This document shows positions 26,301 to 37,614 of a DNA stretch of 64,000 nucleotides, piece by piece. The notes beneath the pieces are model-generated. The model worked only from the letters and a program-made list of their open reading frames with translations, was not told the DNA's origin and made no database searches. The first letter of the stretch is position 1, and each line of letters starts with the position of its first letter. Position numbers and translations under genes: made by a program. The DNA is from Entomortierella parvispora E1425 (Eukaryota > Fungi > Mortierellomycota): NCBI GenBank assembly GCA_020891255.1, contig BQFW01000011.1, positions 2,036,618 through 2,100,617 of the forward strand, written 5' to 3'.

Positions 26301-28308
26301 CAGTCGTGACAATCGTGATAGCCGTGATCTCCGAGACGGTCGCGATGGACGAGAGAGTCGACGAGATCTGGTTGACCCAAGAGATTCACGAGGCCCTCGC
26401 GATACGCGTGAAACTCGAGAGTCGCGAATTATCTTTGCGCCAAAAGACCCTCGTGAGGTAGCCAGAGAGGAATCGGCTGAAACTAGGGAGAGCCGAGATG
26501 GATCTTCTCGTGCTGATGTTCAGAGGGACAGTGCCTCCGACCTGAGAACCAACCAAGTCGAGAATTCTGCTGCATCTACAGCGTCTTCTGCCAACTCTGA
26601 TGGCAAAGCTCAGGAGCGTGACCAGCGAGATGGAGATAGGCACCGGGACGACGATAGGAGAACAAGGGGACGTGAGTCTGACAGAGGTCGCGACAAGGAT
26701 CTTCCTAGCGATGACAGAGCAGGAGAGCGTGATAGACGTCCACAGGGGCGTGAAAGAGTCCGCGACGATCCAAGAGAGCAAGACAGGATTGAGGCTCAGT
26801 CAGGCAGCGGAGGAAGAGACCGAGCGAGGGATCTTCCACGCGAACAAGACCGATCCTCATCAGATCGTCGAGGACATCAACGCGACAGGCGTGATCGGGA
26901 TGGAAAAGAGACCCCCCCAATCTCTTCATCACGAGAGAAGGCAGCCCGATCGAGCCCAAGAGATCAGGAGTATGGTCGAGAGGAAGCACAGTCACGCGAG
27001 GATGGTCGAGAAGACATTCGCAATCTCCTCTCTCGCACGGGCTCGTCTGCTGGTTCAAGGCAAGAGGGCTCTTCGCGAGATCGTGATAGCCGCCGGCGTC
27101 AGGATACTGTCGATGAGGGTATGGGCCATATAATGTCGAGTGAGTGTGAATCATATAGAATGGTGGATGTTGACCATGTTTTACAATTCTTTATATGTCT
27201 AGCTCCACGGTCCTCTAGAGAGCCATCGAACAGGTCAAGCCGTCCCGATTCGGCAGATCGTAAGCGCGGCCGTGAGAGCAGGGATGTAAGCGCTGACAGA
27301 GAGAAAGATTCAAAGCGGCGTCGAGAAGGCTCAAGTTTGGCGGTAAGCATAGCAGAGGTGCATTATCTTCTCTTTCATGGAGAATCTTCAACTGACTTGT
27401 AACATTGTAATCCAATTGTAGGACGGTGGTCGCAGTGATAGCAGAAGCAGAAAGCGTCATATCGAGCCTGATAGTGCCAGTAAGATCCCAACCTTTTTGC
27501 TGTTTCTGCTTCCCTCCATTTGTCTGTTAAATATCATCTAATGTTCAACTACCCCCATAGACCGCGACTCTCCCAAAGATATCCAGCGAGAAGAGTCATC
27601 GCCTTCATCTTCCCTGGAAGTGACCAGAGACACCATGGCCATGCCGCCGCCTGTACGGTTCGATGCGAATGCCTCGTCGCCATTGTCGACAAACGTTAGT
27701 CTCGACGAAACTTTTTTTTTTTCTTTTTTTTTGTCATTGGGATTGATTCTGATCGTTTTACTCCCTCATTTTACCTCTTACAGGAGCCGAATTTGAGATC
27801 CGCCCCGGCTTCAGCAGCAGTGAACCCTTCAGCCAGCTCAAAGAGGATCAAGTTGAACCGACCGACGGATGGTGACAGTCCCCTGGAATCTCCTGCTATC
27901 CACAAGGGTGGATCCCCATCTCTCAATGACCGCAGAGAGGAGCAGTCACCGTCAAATCCGCTCGAATCTGGTCTGTCCACGAGCTCATTGCGTTCCCGAT
28001 CTTCCAGAGGTCCTGACGTTGGTATTTCAACAGCCAGGCGGCCTGAAGAAGAGCATGGTAGAGAGTAAGTGTCATACTTCTCTGGTTGATCTTATTGAAA
28101 GAGGGTGTATTTAATCAGCCGTACAAACTAATTCGTTTGAAACTCTAGTCGTAGGAATGATGGCAATCGCCCAAGAGGCTTCAACGATAGCCATGGAGGA
28201 AGGGGTGGTCCAGGTGGCTCAAATGGCCGAGGGGGTCAACGGGATCAAGGATCCTCTGGCCAAGGGTCTGGAGGAAGATCTGGCGAGAAGCGACGAAACC
28301 GCCGCTGA
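20397..28308 (+). CDS. THO2: THO complex subunit 2
   Basis: KYNLLWEESEGYSKLITEL, LIGYFDLDPNRVLDLVLD, AQILGFKFQ, RFSLYGEWK, GRLFAKYSHSNP, QFYATFWQLTLYDIFIP, YMKIKNTIVIL; many introns; very long R/D/S-rich tail ending ...GEKRRNRR* at 28308. Confidence 0.93.
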
Positions 28309-28423
28309 AGAACATGAATCCGGCGCGTTTGAATATTGGGCACATTTCGTTTATTTCCAAAGACCCATGTCTATAGAGCTCGCTTCTCTGTAAATGTCAA
28401 TAACGCAAAATATATCGCTTTTA

Positions 28424-30804
28424 TCAGTTCATGTTGCAAATGATATGACCACTCAATTGATGATACCCAGTATTCGCAAATGACCTACCATCATAATACC
28501 AAGTCCTGACTGTCCGATCATCACTGGAACTCACAAACATGCTTTGTTTCGGAGACCAGACTGCATTGTAAACCATGGCTTCATGGCCTTCCAGCTTCTG
28601 CAAAATGTCACCAGACTCTTGGTCCCAAATATAAATTAAGCCGTCCTCAGATCCTCCAACAATCAGAGAGTTGTGGGCAAAGCCGGCTCGAATGAAGTTT
28701 TTAGACGTGTTTTGATGACCCTTGAGCTTTCGCAGAGGACGAGTCTATCGTAGAGCAAGGTGCATGTAGGTTAGTCCACGTAATGGTACGTTGCCTCGGC
28801 TAGATTTATGGATAATGTCAACGACAGCCTTACCATGCGGACATCCCACAGTCGGTTAGAGTTGTCTTTGGAGCTACTCAAGAGGTAGGTGCCGTTCGAG
28901 TTCATGGCCACAGATGTTACCTCACCCAAATGTGAGGTGATGGTCCGGATACAAACGCCCGAGACAAGGTCCCAAAACTTGATCGTGTTGTCTTTTGATC
29001 CACTCACGATCAAATTGCCAATCGGATTCAAAATAACCTTGGATACAGCGAGGTGGTGACCGCTAAACGTTTTCACAACTTGACCAGTTGTCAAGTCATG
29101 AAGACGCACGATTTTGTCATAACCTCCAGAAACGACATGGCTCTACAGAGGTAAATCAGGTCGGAAATAGACGAAACGCACGTTAGATATACGTCTGATG
29201 AAAAAATATCATAAAGATACAGACAATGTCCTTCTTACGCTTGTAGGATGGTATTTCACCGTGTAGACATCTCCCGAGTGACCACCAAGTGTTGCACGAC
29301 AAGAAGTCTTTGATCCTCTGATATCCCAGATTTTGACGGTAGAGTCTCCACTGGCACTAGCCACGGTGTTTCCTGCCTCATTTGAAGATACATCCCAGAT
29401 CCTAGAAGAATGGCCTTCCAAGATATGGAGACAATCGCCCGATTCTGTGTCCCATACGCGGAGGGTATTGTCACTATGAAAATCAAGAATGATGATTAAT
29501 TGTCGGATAAATGACACAGTCGCAGGCCGCAAGATGATGTCCAGTCATCCATGCATTACCTCGATCCGGAAATGATTGACCGCCCTTCACTTCCCAAAAA
29601 TTCTGCGCATTTAACGTTGCCACGATGTCCTTGCATGATTGTCCTGGTGGCGTTAGGAATGACGAAAGGCGAAAAATCCTGAAGAAGGGTTTCCACGATG
29701 GGCGATATCCTTGGATGGTACCGCGATACTTCGATCTGGTAGGCAACAGCCTGCCTCAAGAGGTTCAGCAGCCTATTTGGAGGAATATACACTGAACCTG
29801 AAAGATAGTTGTCAGTGCCTTGATATTTGTCCCAACATGCATATAACCAAGCATCCATATGGGTGGGAGATGGGGAGGGGGCACCTACCATCCTTGACAG
29901 AATTCTCGACCTCGAGCATGCTCTGAAACTGCTCTACCAGACGATCACGACCTTGAGCAATCCCTTCCCAGTTCTTGAATGAGGGTGCGTCGTGGATCGA
30001 CTTTGTCGTCAGCAAGTAGCACAGGTCTTTAAATTCGATGGGTGTCTTTTGATGCTGCTCCAAGGGTTTCAATCTCTTTTGCAGAAACGTGAAGGCCTGT
30101 TGATGTAGATCCACAGTCATATCGTTAGCCTGATCCTGTTTGCCTCTGAGTTCAACTTGCATCCATGTCTCCACGGTCATTCTCGCCTTGATCAAGAACA
30201 TTGTTGGAGGTTGATCTCTTACCTTCTGCATCTCACGATGCTCGATATGCTCGAGATATTGCTGCTTGTAAACGGCAAACAAAAAGCTCTTTTGATTCTT
30301 GAACAATGGTTTTGAGCAGATTTTATCTACTTCTGCCCATTCTCCGTCTGTGCGGTTGAAAACGAGAGACAAAAAGGAGTCGACTGAGGTCAGAGAATCA
30401 CTTTGTAGTTGAAAGACAAAAAGACCTGGACAAGGTAACATCAGTGGTGAAGTTTACCTAGGATGGCCTTCTTCAATCGACGAGTCTCCTTCATGTTCTC
30501 TTCCCGATCATGCCATTTGACATTTGATTCGTCCTGTATCGTCATCTGTGAAGCGTTGTAGCCCTCGTCTGCCAGATACTGCATGATCATCCGGATGATG
30601 TCCTATTGCCATTACGTTGCGCAAAAAGTAGGTCAGATATCCGAGGTAAGGTTCATGTCTCGTTGGCTTTTCCGTTCCTGGAGCTCTGAAAGTATAGATC
30701 CAATCACCCACCTCTCGAATCTGGGGATCTTGGGGGTTGAAGATGTCCTCGGTGGGTCTCGTCCGGTTGGAGTTCATACCGACATGGCTATGAGTTGCAG
30801 CCAT
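28424..30804 (-). CDS. LisH/CTLH plus WD40-repeat protein (SMU1/WDR26-like architecture)
   Basis: LisH DIIRMIMQYLADEGY; CTLH KKAILDGEWAEV...FAVYKQQYLE; PPNRLLNLLRQAV; WD repeats (GHRGNVKC, SDNTLRVWD, GDSTVKIWD, SKDNTIKFWD, DRTVRTW); multi-exon. Confidence 0.85.
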
Positions 30805-31407
30805 GGCAGACGGCCTGTCATTGTTCGGAGAGAGTATGTTCAGTTGAGATGACTACAGTTGGTGGATCCCATCCATTCCCTCCTTCGCTCCATGGTATCC
30901 ATCAAGGCACGACATCAAAACAAGCCCTACATTCGAGTGGATTGCGGACCATTCTCCTGATCAGGGTCGAGATGGACTCCTCCAAGGGCATTGGCGAGGT
31001 GGAGGACCGAGTCTGTGGGGAAGGGGTCGTGTCGGTCCGATGACATTGTCTATGGCCGAGAGTCAGTCAGTCGGTCAGTCGGTCAGTCTGTTTTGCGTGT
31101 GTTGTGTGCGTGTGTCTGTCTATCCGTCTATCCGTCTACCCGTCTATCCGTCTATCCGTCCGGCGTGTGTGTGTGTGTGTCCAGAGCAAAGAAGAGCAGA
31201 CGAACGCATGCACCGCGTCCAAGGGAAAGGTGAAAAAAGAGGCAGTCACTCTGAAAAGCATGGGAGCAAGACACGCCTCACTCTCCTACTCTCCTTCCCC
31301 CGCTCCCTCTGCCTGCAACACTTCAACTCAAGGACAAACGACAAGGACTGCACAGAGCAGGACAGGACAGCAACCCCATCCAACCCCATCCAACCCATAC
31401 AGCCACG

Positions 31408-34400
31408 ATGATGAACAGGGACATGCTGAAGCTGCGCAAGGATCCCACCATCCCCCCATCCTCTGCGACTGTCACCACCTCAAACACGAATGCATTCTCT
31501 GTCTCGCCGCGCCTGGGAAGCTCCAATGCGGACAGCAGACGCTCCGGTGGTCGTCAGCGATCGTCTCCGAAAGGGTCAGGACCGATCCAGAGTCTAAGTC
31601 CGTCTGCTGTCCCCAGCGGCTCTGTGGCTGGGTCAACGGCCGCACTCATGGCTTCAGTAGCGGCGGCAGGTTCCCAAGTCTCTGCCGTTACCGTATCAAA
31701 TATGATGGGCTCTGGACCAACAACAACCTCTGGAGTAGGGTCGGCGGCATCCGTCTTGTCATCAGGAAGCAATCACCCACGGTCAAACCGCCAGATGGGT
31801 AGTCCCACCCGTTCAAACAAGAGACCACTCAACAACAGGTCCAATACTTTCAAGTTTGACACAAACGGAACATTATGGGCCCTTTCTGCGTCACCAGACT
31901 TTTCCATGGTGGCAGTTGTCGGTCGTGATGGTGAGATGCTGACTATTGCTGACTAGTCCTGACGACCGCCTCGTAGATTGACTGTTGAGTATGCTGACAA
32001 GATTCGGTTGTTTGAATAGTCTTGAAGATCCTTAGTGTAACCGAGAGTGGCGCTGAAGAATCCGTTAATTTAAAGACTGTCGGGATCAGGAATAATTTTG
32101 CAGGGAGCATGGATGTCAAATGGGGACCGACAACAGGTACTTTGACTTGGCAGAGAAATCGGAAGGTTAGCCCGTCGCAACATTTGTTCACTCACAGATC
32201 GTACATTTCCAGGACGAGATGCAAAGATTGCCACAATAGGAACCAATGGACCCATCGTCATTTGGGATGTTGGAACGCAAAACAAGATAGGTAGGTGGAA
32301 ATTTCTGATGACTGTTGACAGCAACTGGATGCATGCTCATAGTGGAATTTTACAAATTTGCCGATAGATCGTACTATCAAGGAGCACACCCGTGCCGTCA
32401 ACCGGATATGTTTTTCACCACAGGAGCCAAACCTGTTGCTCAGTGCATCCCAGGACGGCACTATCCGCCTTTGGGTAAGATTTCGGATGATTCTTCGTAC
32501 CTCACTGGCGATGAATGACTGGGGAATTGGGGGCTGACTCGTGTTTTATATATCAGGATCTACGAACTAGAGGCCGCCCTGGCCAGGTGATGGAGGCCAA
32601 AGATGTTGTCCGAGAGGTGCAGTTTAATCCAGTATCCATGAACGATATTGTTGCTGGCTATGAAAGTGGCAACATCCAGGTAAGATGTAATCTTGCAGAT
32701 TTGCTCAGAGTCCTCTTTTTTCGTTTGTTATTGACCATCAATTCATCTCGTATGTCTTGAGCAGCGATGGGACCTCCGAAATTTGAGTACATGTGAAAAG
32801 AAATTCATGGGACATATGGGATTTGTTACCTCTTTGGATTACCACCCCTCTGGGAGATTCCTTGCCAGTGGCGGTCGAGACCGGACGATAAAGGTATGTT
32901 GGTGCTGTGATATCCTCCTGCTCTGCTGCAAGTCGCCTCAATCTAACGTACTTTGGGAAAAATCAACCTTAGGTTTGGGACATGGAGGATGAAAAGCGCC
33001 GTGAGCTGCACAATATTCCCACTATTCAGTATACTTCAAAGGTGCAGTGGCGTCCAAACAAGCCATACCACCTAGCAGCGTGCTTCAAGGATGAGGCGAC
33101 TGTTCAGATATTCGACGTACGAAGACCCTATGTACCCATTCATGTACTGTCCCAGCATGACAAGGACGCCACCTCTATCCTCTGGAAAGATACGGATGTA
33201 CTTTGGACAGTTTCCAAGGACAAGACCTTTTCGTCAACGCTCATACGTGGTCTACCTCAATCAGCCGACCTCCTACCTGCTGGAAAAGCCGCAATGAATT
33301 GTTACGGTCAGCTGGCGTTTACAATGACTACCAAGGGAGGGGTGGATTCTTTCGAAAAGGATCTCGTTCCAAAACCAGGTCGACCGAATGCAAAGTCAGT
33401 TGCGCTCGATGGAAGCTCAGAGGTATGTTTGTGTGCGCACCCTGTTCTAGATCGCAATGTCTTGAGATACAATCTCGTTTTAACAAACCCACAACCCCTC
33501 TGGCACAATAGGCAATGATTTATCGGACTCGGCAAACGGGAGGCATCTTTGACTGCGAGATGTTCAATCACGAAGCTTTCATTTACTGTGCCCAAAACTA
33601 CTCTACAGAAGCAGGGAATATCCGAGAAGCATGTGAACATAATGCAAACATTGCTTGGCAAGCCAACAGGTATCGTGATTCACAAACTTGGATGGCCATC
33701 AAACTTTTTTACAGTGATATGGCAGAGCCTACCATCGTTCTGTCCCAAGGTAAGGCCTGTAGTTTTCAAATGGTTTCTTCCTTTGAAAGAAACACTCTGA
33801 ACTGCCTCTAACCACGTCCACCTTATTTGTCTTGTAGCAGAGACGTCGACAACTGATCCAAAAGTGAGTGGACAAAAATGTCTGCTTTTTTTTTTTTTTT
33901 TTTTTTTTCTTTTTCATTGACAGTTTATCCATTCAAATTTTTCTAGGCGATTTCAAGTCGAAAAGGAGAGGCAACAAGAGGCGAAGATGGAAGCGACTCG
34001 GACGACTCGGTAAAGCCTCATTCCAAACTCAACATGCCGAGTTTGTTCGCCATCAAAGTGTCTGATGAGCCTGTACGACGCGATTGGTCGCATCAGGAAC
34101 AAATCAGGACGATGCTGGAAGACTATGCGGAGCAAGGGGATGTTCAGATGTGTGTGACGATATTACTTGTACTTGCAAAGGAGAAAGGAGTACCGGTGTT
34201 CAGCCGCTCCCAGCAGTGGTTCGGTTCTTACATCGATTTGCTCTCCAGATTCAAGCTATGGAGCATCGCCACTGCTGTGGCACAGGCTTGCGACGATCCT
34301 GGTATCCACAGCATGAATCAGGACTCTACCACCATTCACACATCTTGCTCCAGTTGCATGAAACCTTTGGCGACAGGAGCTCCGGATTCATCTGGATTCT

Positions 34401-34768
34401 GGGCCTGTGATCGATGTAGAAAGGTGCTAAGCTCCTGCTCTGTTTGCCACAAGACTGTACGAGGAATCTTTACATGGTGCACACACTGTTCTCATGGCTT
34501 TCATCTGCAGCATGCACAAGAATGGTTTTCACAGTCGGCCGAGTGTCCAACCGGCTGTGGCCATCAATGTTTCCCTGAGATGCTTAAAATACAACAGGAA
34601 CAAGAGGAGCTACAACAGCAACAGCAACATCAGCAGCATCAGCATACCGCGTCAGAAACTCTCCATACCCATCTTCCATTAGGTTCTGCTTACAACGGCT
34701 ATCGCTTGCTCGATGCAGAGTCAAAGGATGGAAGCCCCATCCCGTACATGGTAGCGGGGGCGACTTGA
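31408..34768 (+). CDS. WDR24: GATOR2/SEACAT subunit WDR24 (Sea2/Rtc1)
   Basis: N-terminal WD40 ([39 protein letters not shown]) and C-terminal GDVQMCV...[11 protein letters not shown] plus the Cys-rich zinc-finger/[14 protein letters not shown]...[16 protein letters not shown]...CPTGCGHQC. Confidence 0.9.
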
Positions 34769-34818
34769 ACAAATAAAAATATGAAGCGAATTTATTAAGA
34801 GCAATCGGTACTCATTGT

Positions 34819-36743
34819 TTACAAAGGACGCATGGCAGGGAAAGCAAGAACCTCCTGGATACGGTGAGAATCAGTGAGGAACATGGTCAAGCGATCAATA
34901 CCCATACCCCATCCACCGGTAGGGGGAAGGCCGAACTCCAAGGACTGGCAGAAGTTCTCGTCAATCAACTGAGCCTCGTCATCACCAGCGGCCTTATCGC
35001 TGGCCTGCTGCTCAAAGCGCTGGCGCTGATCAAAGGGATCGTTCAACTCGGTGTAGGCATTGCAAATCTCCTTGGTGGCAACGAAGCACTCGAAGCGCTC
35101 GCAAAGACCAGGAACGCTGCGATGGCTCTTGGCAAGAGGAGACATCATCTGGGGATGACCCATGATGAAGGTAGGGCTAATGCACTCAACCTCGATAAAG
35201 TCACCAACAAGCTTGTCCAAAAGACGGGCGCTGGTGCGAGGAGCGCTGCAGTCAACCTCGTGCTTGATGCAGAGGTCGCTCAAGAACTTGGTGGCCTCGG
35301 GAGTGTGCAGGGTATCTGCGGGAGGGAAGGTGGTGTTGAGCTTCTCCTCCAAGTACTTGATCATGTCAATGCGTCTGAAAGGAGGGGTAAAGTCGATCTC
35401 CATGGCGGGACCATCCTTGCCCTGAGGGTGGTAGGTGATCTTGGTGGTGCCGGTGATGGCCTTGACCATGCCGACGAGAAGGGACTCGGTCATCTCCATG
35501 ACATCGAACATATCAGCGTAGGCCATGTAGAACTCTGCTGTGGTGAACTCGGGGTTGTGGGTCAAATCCATGGACTCGTTTCTGAACTGGCGACCAATCT
35601 CATAGACACGATCAAGACCTCCGACAACCAACATCTTGAGGTAGAGCTCAGGGGCGATACGCATGTGGAGATCCTGGTTAAGGTCGTTGTGGTGGGTGAC
35701 GAAGGGCTTGGCGGTGGCGCCTCCAGCAATCATGTTCATCATGGGGGTCTCGACCTCCAAAAAGTCCTGATCATCCAAGAACTTGCGAAGGTAGTTGATG
35801 ATCTTGGCTCTGGTCTTGAAGATGTCGCGAACATGGTTGTTCATGATCAAGTCCAAGTAACGCTGTCTGTAACGCGATTCCTGATCCTTGAATCCGAAAT
35901 GTGTGGTGGGCAACATGCGGAGACAGGGCGCCAGAAGGGTGATATCGCGGGGGAAGATCGAGAGCTCTCCATCACCTCCCTTCTTGGGCTGAGTGCGACC
36001 AGCGAATCCCTTGACACCAATAATGTCACCACGGCGAAGGCTGTCATGGACCTCGGCAAAGTCACGCTCAGAGTCCTGAGCCTGGGCAGTGATCTGGACC
36101 TTGACACCGTCGGCATGAAGATCGTAGAAGCGAAGCTTGCCCATGGTGCGCATGTTGTGAAGACGTCCAGCAACGGTGACAATCTCCTCAGTGGTCTCTC
36201 CAGCCTTCAATCCGCTGTACTTCTCAATAAAGGCGGGCAACTGCATCGAGACCTCGAACTTGTGGGGGTAAGGGTAGGTCTCCTTGTTGGCACGAAGGCC
36301 ACCAACTCTCTTGGAGCGGATCTCAAAGTATTGCTAGAATCGAGGGAGCCATGAAATTAGATTTAGCCATTTCAGCCCAGGTGGACATTCATGCCTATGC
36401 ATCAACACAAGACGTACGTTGGGGTTCAAGTTCTCCTCCTCCTCAGCAGCAGAGACAGTCTTCTTGGCCTTCTCGGAAGCAGCGGGGGCAGGGGCGCTAG
36501 CAGCCTTCTCGGCCTTCTTGGCCTCCTTCTCTCTGTTCTTGATTCTCTTCTTGAGCTCGCTGTGGTCAGGGATCAAAGGAGAGTGTGAAGAGGTTAGCTG
36601 TGATTCGATCCAGTCCATGGATCCATCTGATCGAGAGCAGCGACATACGACTTGGAGATCATCTCGCCAGTGGCCTCATCGAGGTGGAGCTTGACATCCT
36701 CGGCAAGAGATGCAGCGGCGGCAGCGTCAGCAGGGGCAGACAT
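34819..36743 (-). CDS. KRS1: Cytoplasmic lysyl-tRNA synthetase (class II)
   Basis: SELKKRIK N-terminus, OB-fold [30 protein letters not shown], motif 2 [15 protein letters not shown], motif 3 [15 protein letters not shown]; 2 introns. Confidence 0.97.
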
Positions 36744-37179
36744 GATGGTGATGTAGAGTAATGAAGAGAAGCTTCTTTGGATCAGCGAGAACGGCCCCCT
36801 TTTCTTTCTTCCAAGGAAAACATCCCAGTGCGATGCGATTCGATTGTGACTCAGTTTTGAGAGACCACAGCTCAGCCACCGTCTGTCCGTCTGTCCGTCC
36901 GTCGTGGAGTGAAAAAATGAAAAAAAATGTGGTGCCTGGGCCTGTGGTGCCTGGGTGCTGTCTCAGAGGGTGGCTTGAGCTCACTCGCTCGCTCGCACTC
37001 ACTCGCACTCACGTTGCACTCACTTTGCACTTGCCTTGCTCTCACCATGCACGCTTTCCACTGCTTCCTTGCTGCTCTTTTTATCTCTTCTGATCCATCA
37101 CCTACACTCCTTTGATAGAAGGTAGAACAAATGAAGTTTTGCATGGCTGTGGCTGGACCTCTACAGACAATACTCCAAG

Positions 37180-37530
37180 ATGGGCTCCAGCTATGTCGTT
37201 ATGATTCTTGCTGCCCTAGTTTCCGCTGTGATACTGCCCTGGTTTCCACGGATTCTCACTCCCCTGGTTTCCACTGCAATGGGTGTCGTTGCTAGAGGAT
37301 CTTGCCCGCCGATAGAATCGGGTATGTTTGGAGTGTGCGCAATAACTTGCAGTGAAGGTGCCTGTCCAGAGGGCAAAAAGTGCTGCCCACTCACTCTTTC
37401 TTGTAGTCGTAAACCTCGTAAACCCACCCAAAAAAAAAAAAAAAAAAAAAAAAAAGAATGGTCGTACCATGCATCAGATGACCGATCCCAGACACAGGGC
37501 AAAGCAAAATATCTTCGCCCTGGCGTGTGA
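37180..37530 (+). CDS. Candidate small secreted Cys-rich WAP-like peptide
   Basis: Signal-like N-terminus MGSSYVVMILAALVSAVILPW, then RGSCPPIESGMFGVCAITCSEGACPEGKKCC (WAP spacing, 7 of 8 Cys). The C-terminus crosses a long A-run and is unreliable. Confidence 0.45.
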   Translation: MGSSYVVMILAALVSAVILPWFPRILTPLVSTAMGVVARGSCPPIESGMFGVCAITCSEGACPEGKKCCPLTLSCSRKPRKPTQKKKKKKKKEWSYHASDDRSQTQGKAKYLRPGV

Positions 37531-37614
37531 ACTTCTTTCTCTCTTACAACCTCCTCTCGTTCAATTCCTCACTTCCCTTTCTCACGATTCTCAAGACTGT
37601 CATCGAAACCACCG

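Noticed and set aside
34864-36354. 496-aa antisense ORF over lysyl-tRNA synthetase (tempting sense/antisense aaRS idea)
   Set aside because: It lies antisense within the main exon of a strongly codon-biased gene, where antisense stops are depleted. No domain features; a shadow ORF.
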